Assembly: GCA_964347915.1 (NCBI GenBank)
Contig: CAYGAM010000003.1
Span: 1-46,894 of the forward strand
DNA: 46,894 nucleotides
Direction of reading: 5' to 3'
DNA from: an uncultured Nitrosopumilaceae archaeon
Lineage (GTDB): Archaea > Thermoproteota > Nitrososphaeria > Nitrososphaerales > Nitrosopumilaceae
Shown: piece after piece, positions 18,349 to 27,728 of the stretch
Position numbering within the stretch: the first letter of the stretch is position 1
Layout of the letters: each line of letters opens with the position of its first letter
Position numbers and translations under genes: made by a program
Notes under the pieces: model-generated
The model's database searches: none
What the model saw: the letters and a program-made list of their open reading frames with translations, nothing else
What the model was told of the DNA's origin: nothing

Positions 18349-18624
18349 TCAGTCTATAAAAGTGTAGTTTGTGTCTGGTTTTTCACATGCATAACACATA
18401 GAATAACCTTCGTATGAGCCATGAGCAGTCTGCATCCTACAGTAAGGACAATAACCATAGCTTATGATTACGCCATCAGGCATAACACGAGACTTTGGCT
18501 TTGGACTTTCTATTATGCCAAGTACGAGCAACAATACATAGGACAGATAGATCACTACCGCCGCCAGCACTACCATAGCGAGGATTCCTCCAATGAGTAT
18601 GAATACCATGACTATAATATACAC
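18349..18624 (-). CDS. Small membrane-anchored zinc-ribbon protein
   Basis: One N-terminal TM helix (VFILIGGILAMVVLAAVVIYL...) followed by CPYC-x17-CYAC. The ATG at 18609 sits about 25 nt downstream of ATTTTATATAG (minus strand of 18630-18640), so the real start is probably 18609 rather than the GTG at 18624. Confidence 0.45.
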   Translation of the reverse strand: MYIIVMVFILIGGILAMVVLAAVVIYLSYVLLLVLGIIESPKPKSRVMPDGVIISYGYCPYCRMQTAHGSYEGYSMCYACEKPDTNYTFID

Positions 18625-18788
18625 TACAGCCTATATAAAATATCATTATGAAATAGGACACGCAAAGCAGAACAATATGGAATGCAATGGTTGTGCGGAT
18701 GCAATTTTCTAGAATGTGCAGGCTGAATATTTTTTGGCGCACATCATCCAATTTTGGCTGTACTGACGCTGGAGTTTGCCATGACGCG

Positions 18789-19679
18789 CTAGTCCGCGTC
18801 TGGCGCCGCTGCGGACTGCCGCAGGCTCATTGCAAGAATGCGCGAGATTATCTTGGCTGCAAGGACGGCGGTGGCGCCATTGTCATACTGCGGGTTTAGT
18901 TCAACTATGTCGGCTCCCGATATCCTGACGTTTTGCATTGCAGATATCATGTCAAAGAGTTCTCTAGAGGTGATGCCTGCAGCTTCTGGATTCCCAACGC
19001 CCGGCGCAAACGCAGGGTCCAGCACGTCCAGATCAAAGCTGGCATAGACGCGGTTCATGGTAGACAACATGTCTACAAGCATTTTGGGTCCTCTGCCGTC
19101 CCGAATGTTTCTGTCTGTTATCAGCGCAATATTGTGCTCTTTGAGGAATGCAGCTTCTTCAGATGCAAATGCCCTGGCGCCGACATGTATGATGCTGTCT
19201 GCGCCGCGCTCTTCTATCACCCGCCGAAGGTACGATGCATGGCTCAGCGAAGAATCCGCGTAGCTGTCCCGCAAGTCATAGTGTGCGTCGAATACTACAT
19301 AGCCAACATCTTTGGGAAATGCCGCATATGAGCCGTATGTTATGAGATGCTCTCCGCCCAGGAGAATTAGCGGCTCCTGTCCGCCGGCAAGCTCGGCGGT
19401 TACTTTTCTTACCATTTCCACCATCACAGACGGCGACACGGTATGAATTATGTTTCCCAGGTCCCGCAATCTGACGCTCTCAAGATCAACGCCCAGATCA
19501 TCATGAAATACCTCAATGTTGTTGAAGGCCGCGCGTATTGCATCAGGGCCAAACCGCGTACCGGGACGATACGAATGCGTAGAGTCAAACGGTACGCCGA
19601 GTACTGTTCCAGCGTATTCTCCTTCGCCTGACGATATTATCATCGGACTTCCGCTAAGATACAGATCAAGATAGCTCAA
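18789..19679 (-). CDS. speB: Agmatinase (ureohydrolase family)
   Basis: 296 aa with the arginase-fold metal motifs GGEHLITY, FDAHYDLRD and SFDLDVLDPAFAPGVGNPEAAGIT. Confidence 0.9.
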   Translation of the reverse strand: MSYLDLYLSGSPMIISSGEGEYAGTVLGVPFDSTHSYRPGTRFGPDAIRAAFNNIEVFHDDLGVDLESVRLRDLGNIIHTVSPSVMVEMVRKVTAELAGGQEPLILLGGEHLITYGSYAAFPKDVGYVVFDAHYDLRDSYADSSLSHASYLRRVIEERGADSIIHVGARAFASEEAAFLKEHNIALITDRNIRDGRGPKMLVDMLSTMNRVYASFDLDVLDPAFAPGVGNPEAAGITSRELFDMISAMQNVRISGADIVELNPQYDNGATAVLAAKIISRILAMSLRQSAAAPDAD

Positions 19680-20018
19680 CTGTACAACAGCGCGGCGCAG
19701 TCAATATTAAGATGATGTGTGGCAGTTTAGTGCGGCATGATTGATGCGTACTGGTCTGGCGCAAGCGTTAGGCAGAGCGCAAACGCGCCTGCATTGCGGC
19801 TTGGATGGAAGTTGGCAGCGATTTCATCCAAAATATCCAGACAAATGCCAAGACGGTACAAGACGCGAAAAATAGGTACGGCGATTTATCATTATGCAGA
19901 AGCGGCATAGGCGATCAGTAAAGTCAGCATGCATCATGCCCAATGCGTGAATTAGTATGCATACGATGATCACTTGTTACATAAGAGATTTAATTGGTAG
20001 TCCGGAGATCAAGATCAT

Positions 20019-20555
20019 ATGACAGTGCTGCGCGGCCACTCTTCGCTGCTGATTGCGGACTATATCCTGTACGAGCACGGTTGCAGATTCTCTCCATTTC
20101 AACTCATCAAGCTGGTGTTCATATCGCATGGCAGGACATTGGCCGTGCTTGACAAGCCGCTCATACGAGACCGCATAGAGGCTTGGAAGTATGGGCCGGT
20201 AATACCATTATTGCATCACCAGCTCAAGATATGGGGCGAGGCTCGTATTCTGGAACTAAACTATTGCGGCACAGTACCAAACAAGGGCATGGATATTGAT
20301 GCCAATCGCAAGGCATTTTTTGAGAGTACGATACCAAAGCAGGAGCGTGCCATAATAGATGCGGCAGTAAGGGACTATGAAGACTGGTCGCTTGCCGACC
20401 TGCAGAAGCTGTGTCATGAGGCGGGATCGCCATGGGACAAGCATTATGACGGAAAGTTTGGAACAGAGATTCCAGACTATGCCATACGCGAATACTACAG
20501 AAATGAGATGATTGTGTGCAACTCCAAGGTAACAACTCGGTTTCTGGAAGTTTAG
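20019..20555 (+). CDS. Panacea-domain (DUF4065, SocA/GepA-like) protein
   Basis: 178 aa. The block FQLIKLVFISHGRTLAVLDKPLIRDRIEAWKYGPVIPLLHHQLKIWG matches the ..KLLY...G..L...G.PLF...FEAWKYGPV.P..Y pattern of DUF4065. Confidence 0.7.
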   Translation: MTVLRGHSSLLIADYILYEHGCRFSPFQLIKLVFISHGRTLAVLDKPLIRDRIEAWKYGPVIPLLHHQLKIWGEARILELNYCGTVPNKGMDIDANRKAFFESTIPKQERAIIDAAVRDYEDWSLADLQKLCHEAGSPWDKHYDGKFGTEIPDYAIREYYRNEMIVCNSKVTTRFLEV

Positions 20556-20699
20556 ACATGAGTGTTGCTACCTCAGAAGTGCCCCCTGGGCAGATTCGTG
20601 CCTGAAATCTGGAACAGCATCCAGAGCCCGAGATGTTACACTCCAAAAACTAAGACGCCAGACAGCATTAGTGACGAATTTGCCGTAAAAAGCGAGTAG

Positions 20700-22535
20700 T
20701 TATTCGTACAACTTGCGGAAGTTGTCCAAAGACCAAACACGCGTTGCTACGTCACACAATTGCTTTTCGCGATCTTCTACTGTCTTAGCAGTCCATTCAT
20801 CATAATTACTCACAATTTCATTGTTAAGTTTGAGGTCAGAAGCGGCAAGGCAGTATATGTCAGAATTTTTTGTCTGATCGCCATACTTCTTGTGGGCAAA
20901 GTCAGAATTTTTCATTTTTTTACTCCATTTTGGTGTTACCAATGTAAGATTGCCCAATCTGTGCGTAAATGGTTCAAAAGTTGGCTTAGCGTACTGCTCC
21001 ATGCGATCTTTGCAAAAAACATCCACATTCCAATCCGCACTAGGATTTTTTGGTAAAATATGCTCTATCTCAAAGTCGTCATAGTCCAGAGGAGCATCGC
21101 CAGAGCGCCAATACTCTTCGATTGATGTCAGTATGTATTTTGCAACAGCGTCTGATTCCTTTAGATTCGTCATTTCATCTCTGAAAAGCTTTACAAATCG
21201 ATCAGACTCACAAAGCGGCTCATGCTTTAATGCGCCCCTGTCTTCAAGAATTAATTTGATAATTTCATTAAGCGGCATGTCATTATTTATCGCCGTAGTC
21301 ACGCTACGCGAAATTTTTTTAATTGTATCTGTCGAACCATCACAAATAGTCCGATGCCGAAAGAAAAACGTCAGCAAGCATTTAGTTAATTTTTTAAAGT
21401 TGTCTGACTCAAATCCCCATTTTCTATGTGCAGCAATTACGGGGGCTCTAATATAATTTGCATTAAGCTGAGCGATTCCGTCAAAGAGTAACTTAGTATC
21501 CTTGTCATATGCTTTGTCGTGCAGTCCCTGATCCGGGTTTGTCAAGTATAGCACACATTTTTTATCCTGATCCAACTCGCTAAGATATCTATCAATAAGA
21601 TCTGCGCTGCTGTATTTTTTTGTGACGATTTCATACAGGTTGTTTAGGTTCAGTTTCATAATTTTAGTGGAATTGATGCGAATGGCGGCAGCAGGATGCC
21701 GTGACAGCAACGAATCATAAAGAAACGAATCAGAATTATCAAATTTTTTAATAATATTGTCCCAGCGTATCTTAAAATTTCGATCTTTGGCATTTTCTGC
21801 CAGATGAGTTTTGATCATGCTCGCCTGAGTTAATTTCATGCCTGTGGCATTTAATGCGTCAAATATCATATAGGCATAATCAGGATTATGAACAGAGACA
21901 AAGGCAAACACGTTCTTATCAAACATGCTATCCAATAATCTCCACAGATTTCTGATTCCGGCATCAGAATTGTCTTCAAAGTTTATGTTTTCATCAACAC
22001 AAAGCTCAGCAATCTGTTTGCAAAATGCATCATAGTTTTTCAGCAGGCGCTCTTGGGATTTCGGCATCTTTTGGCCATTAATTATAATTTTTTTTATATC
22101 TCTCGTATTTTTAATATCTTTTGTATCAGCTTGAAGCTTTTCAAAACAGATGTTATCAATACCGCCGAACGTGACTTGGCGTGGCTGCGTATCTGGAATG
22201 TGCTTGTTAATGTGGTTTAGTAGCATATTCTTGACCGTAGAATTTTTTGCAAGCTTATTCACATAATCGCGAACAGCGCACAACAAAAGCGTCAGTGTAA
22301 CAAGATGTTGCTGTCCATCAATTACATCATAATATCTTTCGCCATTGCTATTTTGGGCTACTGCCACTATGGTACCCAGCAAATTAACATCATCAGCGCT
22401 TATCACATCATTCCAGAGCCGTTCTGCATTCTCTCTTTCCCACGAATATTCTTGTTGATATTCTGGTATGACGTATCTTGTTCCTCTAAAGATGTCATCC
22501 AACTTTCTTTCAGATATATGATAATTGTCCACCAT
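20700..22535 (-). CDS. DUF262-DUF1524 nuclease (GmrSD / SspE-like, type IV restriction-type)
   Basis: 611 aa. The N-terminal YVIPEYQQEYSWE and DVIDGQQHLVTLTLLL are variants of the DUF262 IP.YQR.Y.W and DGQQR motifs. The C-terminal FEIEHILPKNPSADW...HRLGNLTLVTPKWSKKMKNSDFAHK matches the DUF1524 His-Me finger pattern. Confidence 0.8.
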   Translation of the reverse strand: MVDNYHISERKLDDIFRGTRYVIPEYQQEYSWERENAERLWNDVISADDVNLLGTIVAVAQNSNGERYYDVIDGQQHLVTLTLLLCAVRDYVNKLAKNSTVKNMLLNHINKHIPDTQPRQVTFGGIDNICFEKLQADTKDIKNTRDIKKIIINGQKMPKSQERLLKNYDAFCKQIAELCVDENINFEDNSDAGIRNLWRLLDSMFDKNVFAFVSVHNPDYAYMIFDALNATGMKLTQASMIKTHLAENAKDRNFKIRWDNIIKKFDNSDSFLYDSLLSRHPAAAIRINSTKIMKLNLNNLYEIVTKKYSSADLIDRYLSELDQDKKCVLYLTNPDQGLHDKAYDKDTKLLFDGIAQLNANYIRAPVIAAHRKWGFESDNFKKLTKCLLTFFFRHRTICDGSTDTIKKISRSVTTAINNDMPLNEIIKLILEDRGALKHEPLCESDRFVKLFRDEMTNLKESDAVAKYILTSIEEYWRSGDAPLDYDDFEIEHILPKNPSADWNVDVFCKDRMEQYAKPTFEPFTHRLGNLTLVTPKWSKKMKNSDFAHKKYGDQTKNSDIYCLAASDLKLNNEIVSNYDEWTAKTVEDREKQLCDVATRVWSLDNFRKLYE

Positions 22536-23377
22536 TGCTAGTGTTTAGTACCAGATCCTTAAAAATTTTGGTTTGCGGTGTAACTGTTAAGTTTGCGGCA
22601 GATCGCAATATCTGTTAAGCGCCGGCATGTGAAGCATTCTGTTTTGTGACCTCCCAATCCATGATGCGCCGCATAAAATGGGGGCGAAACTGCATTCAAA
22701 ATACGGCTACAGAATTGTCCTTCTTTATGCAGCGCGCAGTTTTTTCCTGCGAACGCATTGAGCTTGCATCGAATAGTTTCATCTGATTGGTGTTCGCATC
22801 TCCCGCTCAGATGATGTGTTCAGGGCGTTTCGCATCCTCGTGCAGAAAATTCCTGGCTCGATCCTGATTCTTTCCGGCATCATCTACCGGCGCTCATCAG
22901 AGAGGAAAATCTGCCACAAACATGGCAGTTCCCTGCGCAGCATTCAACCAAAGAGAATCTCTCATTTTCGGATAATGGCAAAAACAATCCCATTAACCAA
23001 CTGCTTGAGATCGTCATCTGCTTTTTGGAGTGCCATTTGAGCTTTTGGTGCTGCGCGCCGAAGGCAGTTGTTCCACGCACTCCAAAAACTTCTCTTTCCC
23101 CGCGCAAAATACATGTGCTGAAAGTTATGATTTTGACGCAGTACGACGCGAACATTAGTTGCAAGAGACGCCATGACGATTGCAGCATTGCTGCCGGCGT
23201 TTCGTATCCTTCTGCGGTGCTTGCATCAACATTCGATCCAAAAAGTACGCATTCGGGAGCGGTATTGTCATGGCAAACACCGCACCAAATGTTGCGCAAT
23301 AGACCCAACCCAACGTTTTTAAATTTAGCAATTTGTGTCAGAAATAGAGGACATGTTCAAGCAAGATTCAGTTCCAG

Positions 23378-25246
23378 TTGCGCCAATGCAAACAGGAGTG
23401 GTATTGTCATGAAATGGAAGTTCCCGCCCACGGGGGGGGGGCCGAGTACGGATTCAACGATTCCTCGCAAGAGCACTTTCGTTCAAGTCCATTAGAGCAC
23501 ACAATACGCGAAACAATACAAAATTCGCTAGATGCAGTCTTTAACAAAAACAAGCCGGTAAAAGTAAAGATGCAGTTACAAAAAATAAAATCGGCAGATA
23601 TAAACGCAAATGAGCTAAAGCTGCATATCGAACAAACCATACAGAGAGAAAAGGGACAGCAGGAAGCCACCAAATTTTATAGAAATTCAATGAAGATAAT
23701 CAAGCAGAAGAATATTTCGGTTCTCTCCATAATTGATTCCAATACTAGCGGATTGGAAGGCAATAACTGGAATGCTCTTGTGCGCAGCGAAGGAACGCCA
23801 AACAAAGGAAATATGAGCGCGGCAGGCGGGAGTTTTGGCATAGGAAAGAACGCGCCATATTCAATATCTCGGCTACGATTGGTGTGTTATGCAACGCGTT
23901 ATCCAGGAAAACCCGGTAGAATATCGCGGTTCATGGCAAGATGCAAGCTTTCCTCTCATCCGGATCCATCAAAGCCTACCCAAATGCTACAGAACATAGG
24001 ATTTGGGTGTAGAGAATTTACCAGGAATGAGCCCATTCCATTTGAGGGAAGAAGCATCCCTAATGACATTTTCAAGCTAAAAGAACGCGGCACCGGCGTT
24101 TTCATCATGGCGCCAGACATTTATGATAAAAAGTGGGTAAAGAGGGCAAAGATGTATGTCGCGTGTCACTTTTTTGCGGCCATTCATGACAAGAAGCTTG
24201 AAGTTTACATTGAGACGGCAAAGATCGACAATCAGACGATAGATGACATATTCAGGGAGGGCAAAGCAAAAGAACGATCGCGCCACTATTACGATGCAAT
24301 AAGCGCTCCCCAAAAATACAAAAAAATAGAAAGCGAGATTGGAAACTTTGAGGTATTATTATGTGCCGGCGACATCCACGCGCCCAGCCGCGTTGCATAT
24401 GTCAACAGACGCGGCATGCTAATAACAGACGATCCCATATACAAAAGAAACCCGTTTCAGGCAAAATTGCCATGGGCCAAGTATGCAGCAGTTGTTAGAG
24501 CGGACAACGATGATACAGATACCCGCATCAGGGAAATGGAGCCTCCAGATCACAGCAGCATTCAGCACGATCGAATTCGCAATTACACAGAACATAAAAA
24601 AATGAAAGAGGAATTGTTGTATGTCCAGACCGAAATAAAGGACTTTATCGAATCCAATTGTGGAGGGAAAAACAGCGCAGACTATATCCTTGTTGACGCC
24701 CTAGCAAGCATACTGCACATTCCAGGCTCAGCCATATCTGGAGACGACGGCGACGAACTTGGCGATCCCGAGCATCGGATTGTAAAAGCTGCAAAGTCCA
24801 GAGGCAAAGGAAAAAATCATGGTGGCAACGGACCAGGAAAGAAAGGCGGATCGGGGCAGGGCGGCGGTAATGGGCGCAGCAAAGATGAAGCAAGCGACGG
24901 TGGCGAATATGGCGGACAAGATCACGATTTGTTTGATAAAGAACGAATCATACGCAGCAATGACAGGCTAAAAATCGCTTTTACACCAAAAGACAATAAA
25001 AAGAGCATCAAGTTTGCCATAAAGCCTGCCGGCGAAGAAAAAAAGAATGAAGATGTCATCGAAATTTCCAAATGCAAGAGCATAGCGCCGCCCAACATAA
25101 AAATCGACATAGAGAACAATGTGATAACAGTAAATCCAAAAAATTCCGAGCGCATAATACTTGAAGTGCCAGCTAGCGGACATCAGTATACCGGTTACGA
25201 AATAGTGGAAATAGCTGCGGCGCCAGAAGGGAATAGAGAGTCATGA
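23378..25246 (+). CDS. GHKL (Bergerat-fold, HSP90/MORC-like) ATPase with an uncharacterised C-terminal half
   Basis: 622 aa (610 if the start is the ATG at 23414). N-box is IRETIQNSLDA (ExxxNxxDA). IIDSNTSGLEG is a G1-like motif, and GGSFGIGKNAPYS is the G2 box (GxFGxG). A Gly/Lys-rich linker (KSRGKGKNHGGNGPGKKGGSGQGGGNGRSK) precedes a beta-rich C-terminal domain. Confidence 0.6.
   Translation: MRQCKQEWYCHEMEVPAHGGGAEYGFNDSSQEHFRSSPLEHTIRETIQNSLDAVFNKNKPVKVKMQLQKIKSADINANELKLHIEQTIQREKGQQEATKFYRNSMKIIKQKNISVLSIIDSNTSGLEGNNWNALVRSEGTPNKGNMSAAGGSFGIGKNAPYSISRLRLVCYATRYPGKPGRISRFMARCKLSSHPDPSKPTQMLQNIGFGCREFTRNEPIPFEGRSIPNDIFKLKERGTGVFIMAPDIYDKKWVKRAKMYVACHFFAAIHDKKLEVYIETAKIDNQTIDDIFREGKAKERSRHYYDAISAPQKYKKIESEIGNFEVLLCAGDIHAPSRVAYVNRRGMLITDDPIYKRNPFQAKLPWAKYAAVVRADNDDTDTRIREMEPPDHSSIQHDRIRNYTEHKKMKEELLYVQTEIKDFIESNCGGKNSADYILVDALASILHIPGSAISGDDGDELGDPEHRIVKAAKSRGKGKNHGGNGPGKKGGSGQGGGNGRSKDEASDGGEYGGQDHDLFDKERIIRSNDRLKIAFTPKDNKKSIKFAIKPAGEEKKNEDVIEISKCKSIAPPNIKIDIENNVITVNPKNSERIILEVPASGHQYTGYEIVEIAAAPEGNRES
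23432..23441 (+). repeat. G10 homopolymer inside the 5' end of the GHKL ATPase gene
   Basis: cac ggg ggg ggg gcc encodes HGGGA. It lies downstream of both candidate ATGs, and no in-frame start occurs between it and the N-box. Confidence 0.9.
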
Positions 25247-26079
25247 GTCACATTGCTCATTTGCTGCCGCATCCGGTCATTAAGCCAGATGGCAACGACT
25301 ACAAGGAAGAATGTACGTTTGAAATAAAAATGAACAGCGTTGAAAGAATCGACAATAAAATACGAATAAGTCTATCTCTTAATCTCAAAAGTAACACCGT
25401 AAGCAATCTTATAAAAAATGGCGATGCCGAATTTTGCTTGATCTCAAAATGCACAGAAACAAACAAACGAGATATTTATCAAACTGATGAAAGCGAAATA
25501 CGCTGGGAACTGCCAGCATCAGACTATGCAAGAGATCTTACGATTGCGCCGTATGTAGCCACTACAAAAAGAATCATGATGACGCATTCCGATGAGCACG
25601 ATGAGGAATTCGGTCTGCTGCTTCCAGAAGGCGTCAATTTGCCGGCAGGAGCCATACTTGCAGTAGGCAACTATTGCAAGATACTGCTATATAAAATACC
25701 GAAACTGCAGGCCGCAATCAAGTTAACCAAGAACAATCCAATAGATGACGGAATATATTACATTGATACTGATGGAGATTATATAGAAATTCAGGTGAAT
25801 GAAAAAACCTACGAAATGGTAGAGACAATAATCAACCATAATCACTCGGATGTTCTTTATCCTTCCATTTATGCTGCCGCTGTCGAAAGAGCCATACGCG
25901 ATATGAAAGAAAATGAAGGCAAAAAATGGACAGAAGCGCTTCGAAAATCATTAGAAAATAAAGGCATAGATCCAGACGAGCCTGATTTTGCAGATCATGC
26001 AAACAAGTATGCGCAGGAATTGCTTGAAGGTCCGATGAAGCGTCTTGGAGTCATTTTGAGGACTGAGCAAGATGAGTGA
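25243..26079 (+). CDS. Hypothetical protein, no recognisable domain
   Basis: 278 aa. Its start overlaps the upstream stop (ATGA at 25243-25246), and its stop overlaps the next start (ATGAGTGA at 26072-26079). Composition is protein-like, but I recognise no motif. Confidence 0.6.
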   Translation: MSHIAHLLPHPVIKPDGNDYKEECTFEIKMNSVERIDNKIRISLSLNLKSNTVSNLIKNGDAEFCLISKCTETNKRDIYQTDESEIRWELPASDYARDLTIAPYVATTKRIMMTHSDEHDEEFGLLLPEGVNLPAGAILAVGNYCKILLYKIPKLQAAIKLTKNNPIDDGIYYIDTDGDYIEIQVNEKTYEMVETIINHNHSDVLYPSIYAAAVERAIRDMKENEGKKWTEALRKSLENKGIDPDEPDFADHANKYAQELLEGPMKRLGVILRTEQDE

Positions 26080-27688
26080 ACAGCTTTACAGATTTACGCG
26101 AAACGCGTTTGATAATTTATATAAAAAAGTTGGCGACAATTTGAAGTATTATAACGATCCCGACACCAAATTTGACGAAGTCATTAAAAAAATCCTTAAA
26201 GAACCAGGCGAATACAGAGTTCCAGTCAAAGGCGTACGCATAACAGGAAGCATAGACATGATGGTCAAAGATGAAAAATCCCGCCAAATGGCAGATGCAG
26301 GAGCCATTGATTTTTACAATGCTTTTGAGGGCATGACGCCAGCTCTTGCATCCGATGCGAGGCTGCTTGCATACCTGAATCACTTTTACTTGCACAAGTA
26401 CGGTCACCAGCGATGGGAAGCTGAAAAAAACCGCGACGCAGAATGGTTTCAGCGGCACTGGTTTAGCAGTGGTAACAGACAGATTTACGAGCAGAATGTA
26501 GCAGGCAGAACATGGTGGCTGGCGCACATTGCCATCACATCAGCAAAACAGTCTGGAGGTGCATTTGACGCAAAGGATGCGCTTGGAAAATTTGCGGCTG
26601 ATCCTGAATATTATCACAGAACCATGCAGTATACAGTACTTCGAAACCCTCTTCTGAGAGCAGAATGTGTCAGGGCCATTCTTAACGAGGCTAATGGCGT
26701 AAACCGCGACGGATACAGGGAAATCCTGATGGATCTTAACCGAGAAGCTGGCGCCAGGCTGTTAGACGTACTTGACCGCAGCGTCATGCGGGATCTTGTA
26801 ATGCAATCTGCAACAAGGGTAATGAGTACTCCAGACTATGTAAAAAACAGGAAAGATGTGATGGGTAAAAAAAAGCTTAAAGTTTTGAGCCTGGGAGCAG
26901 GAGCACAGTCCACAGTTCTAGCTCTTATGGCAGACATCGGATGGGAAGGGCTTGAGAGGCCCGACATTGCCATATTTGCGGACACGCAATGGGAGCCGCC
27001 AAATGTGTATAAGCATCTTGAGTGGCTTGAAAAACAACTCTCGTACAAAGTAGTCAGAATATCTGCCGGAAACATACGCGAAAACATACTAAACGGCGTA
27101 AACTCTACAGGACAAAAATTCATGGAAGCTCCAGTATTCATGATAAATAATGACGGCACCCAATCGGTAGCTGCCAGACAGTGCACCGCGCATTACAAGA
27201 TAAATCCCATAACGCAGGAACTGCGAAAAATACTCCAAATACCTGCAGGCAGGACGGCTCCAAAAGATGTTGAGGTTGAGATGTGGATGGGCATCAGTAC
27301 GGATGAAGCCGCAAGAATGAAGCCCAACAGGACCAACTGGATAATCAACCGCTATCCGCTAATTGAAATGGACATGAGCAGGGCGGACATATACGCATGG
27401 TTTTACAAGCGGCATCCGGACAGGCATCTTCCGCGCAGCGCATGCGTTGGCTGTCCGTATCACGACGACATGGAGTGGAAATGGATAAAGGAAAACGAGC
27501 CAGAATCATTCAATGACGCTGCATATGTAGACTGGGCGTTGCGCAACATTCCAAAAGCCAAAGGAACAATGAAGGGGACGGGATTCCTGCACCATTCGCG
27601 CAAGCCGCTGAGTGATGTAGATTTGGATGATGCAAAAAACTATGATGATTTTATGGCAAACGAATGCGAGGGATTGTGCGGTGTATGA
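26072..27688 (+). CDS. Fusion of an uncharacterised N-terminal domain (about 270 aa) with a PAPS-reductase-family (DndC/SspD/IbrA-like PP-loop) domain
   Basis: 538 aa. The PP-loop-like block KVLSLGAGAQSTVLALM begins near residue 278. Downstream are ARQCTAHYKINPI, CVGCPYH (CxxC) and the C-terminal CEGLCGV, consistent with Cys-rich PAPS-reductase relatives. Confidence 0.7.
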   Translation: MSEQLYRFTRNAFDNLYKKVGDNLKYYNDPDTKFDEVIKKILKEPGEYRVPVKGVRITGSIDMMVKDEKSRQMADAGAIDFYNAFEGMTPALASDARLLAYLNHFYLHKYGHQRWEAEKNRDAEWFQRHWFSSGNRQIYEQNVAGRTWWLAHIAITSAKQSGGAFDAKDALGKFAADPEYYHRTMQYTVLRNPLLRAECVRAILNEANGVNRDGYREILMDLNREAGARLLDVLDRSVMRDLVMQSATRVMSTPDYVKNRKDVMGKKKLKVLSLGAGAQSTVLALMADIGWEGLERPDIAIFADTQWEPPNVYKHLEWLEKQLSYKVVRISAGNIRENILNGVNSTGQKFMEAPVFMINNDGTQSVAARQCTAHYKINPITQELRKILQIPAGRTAPKDVEVEMWMGISTDEAARMKPNRTNWIINRYPLIEMDMSRADIYAWFYKRHPDRHLPRSACVGCPYHDDMEWKWIKENEPESFNDAAYVDWALRNIPKAKGTMKGTGFLHHSRKPLSDVDLDDAKNYDDFMANECEGLCGV

Positions 27689-27728
27689 CATATCAAGCCT
27701 GATATCAAGGCAAGTACTCTGCGATTTC

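Noticed and set aside
22880-23308. 142-aa minus-strand ORF in the spacer between the nuclease gene and the operon
   Set aside because: It is Cys/Trp-rich with no motif and overlaps equally unconvincing frames on the other strand. It is kept only as part of the spacer observation.
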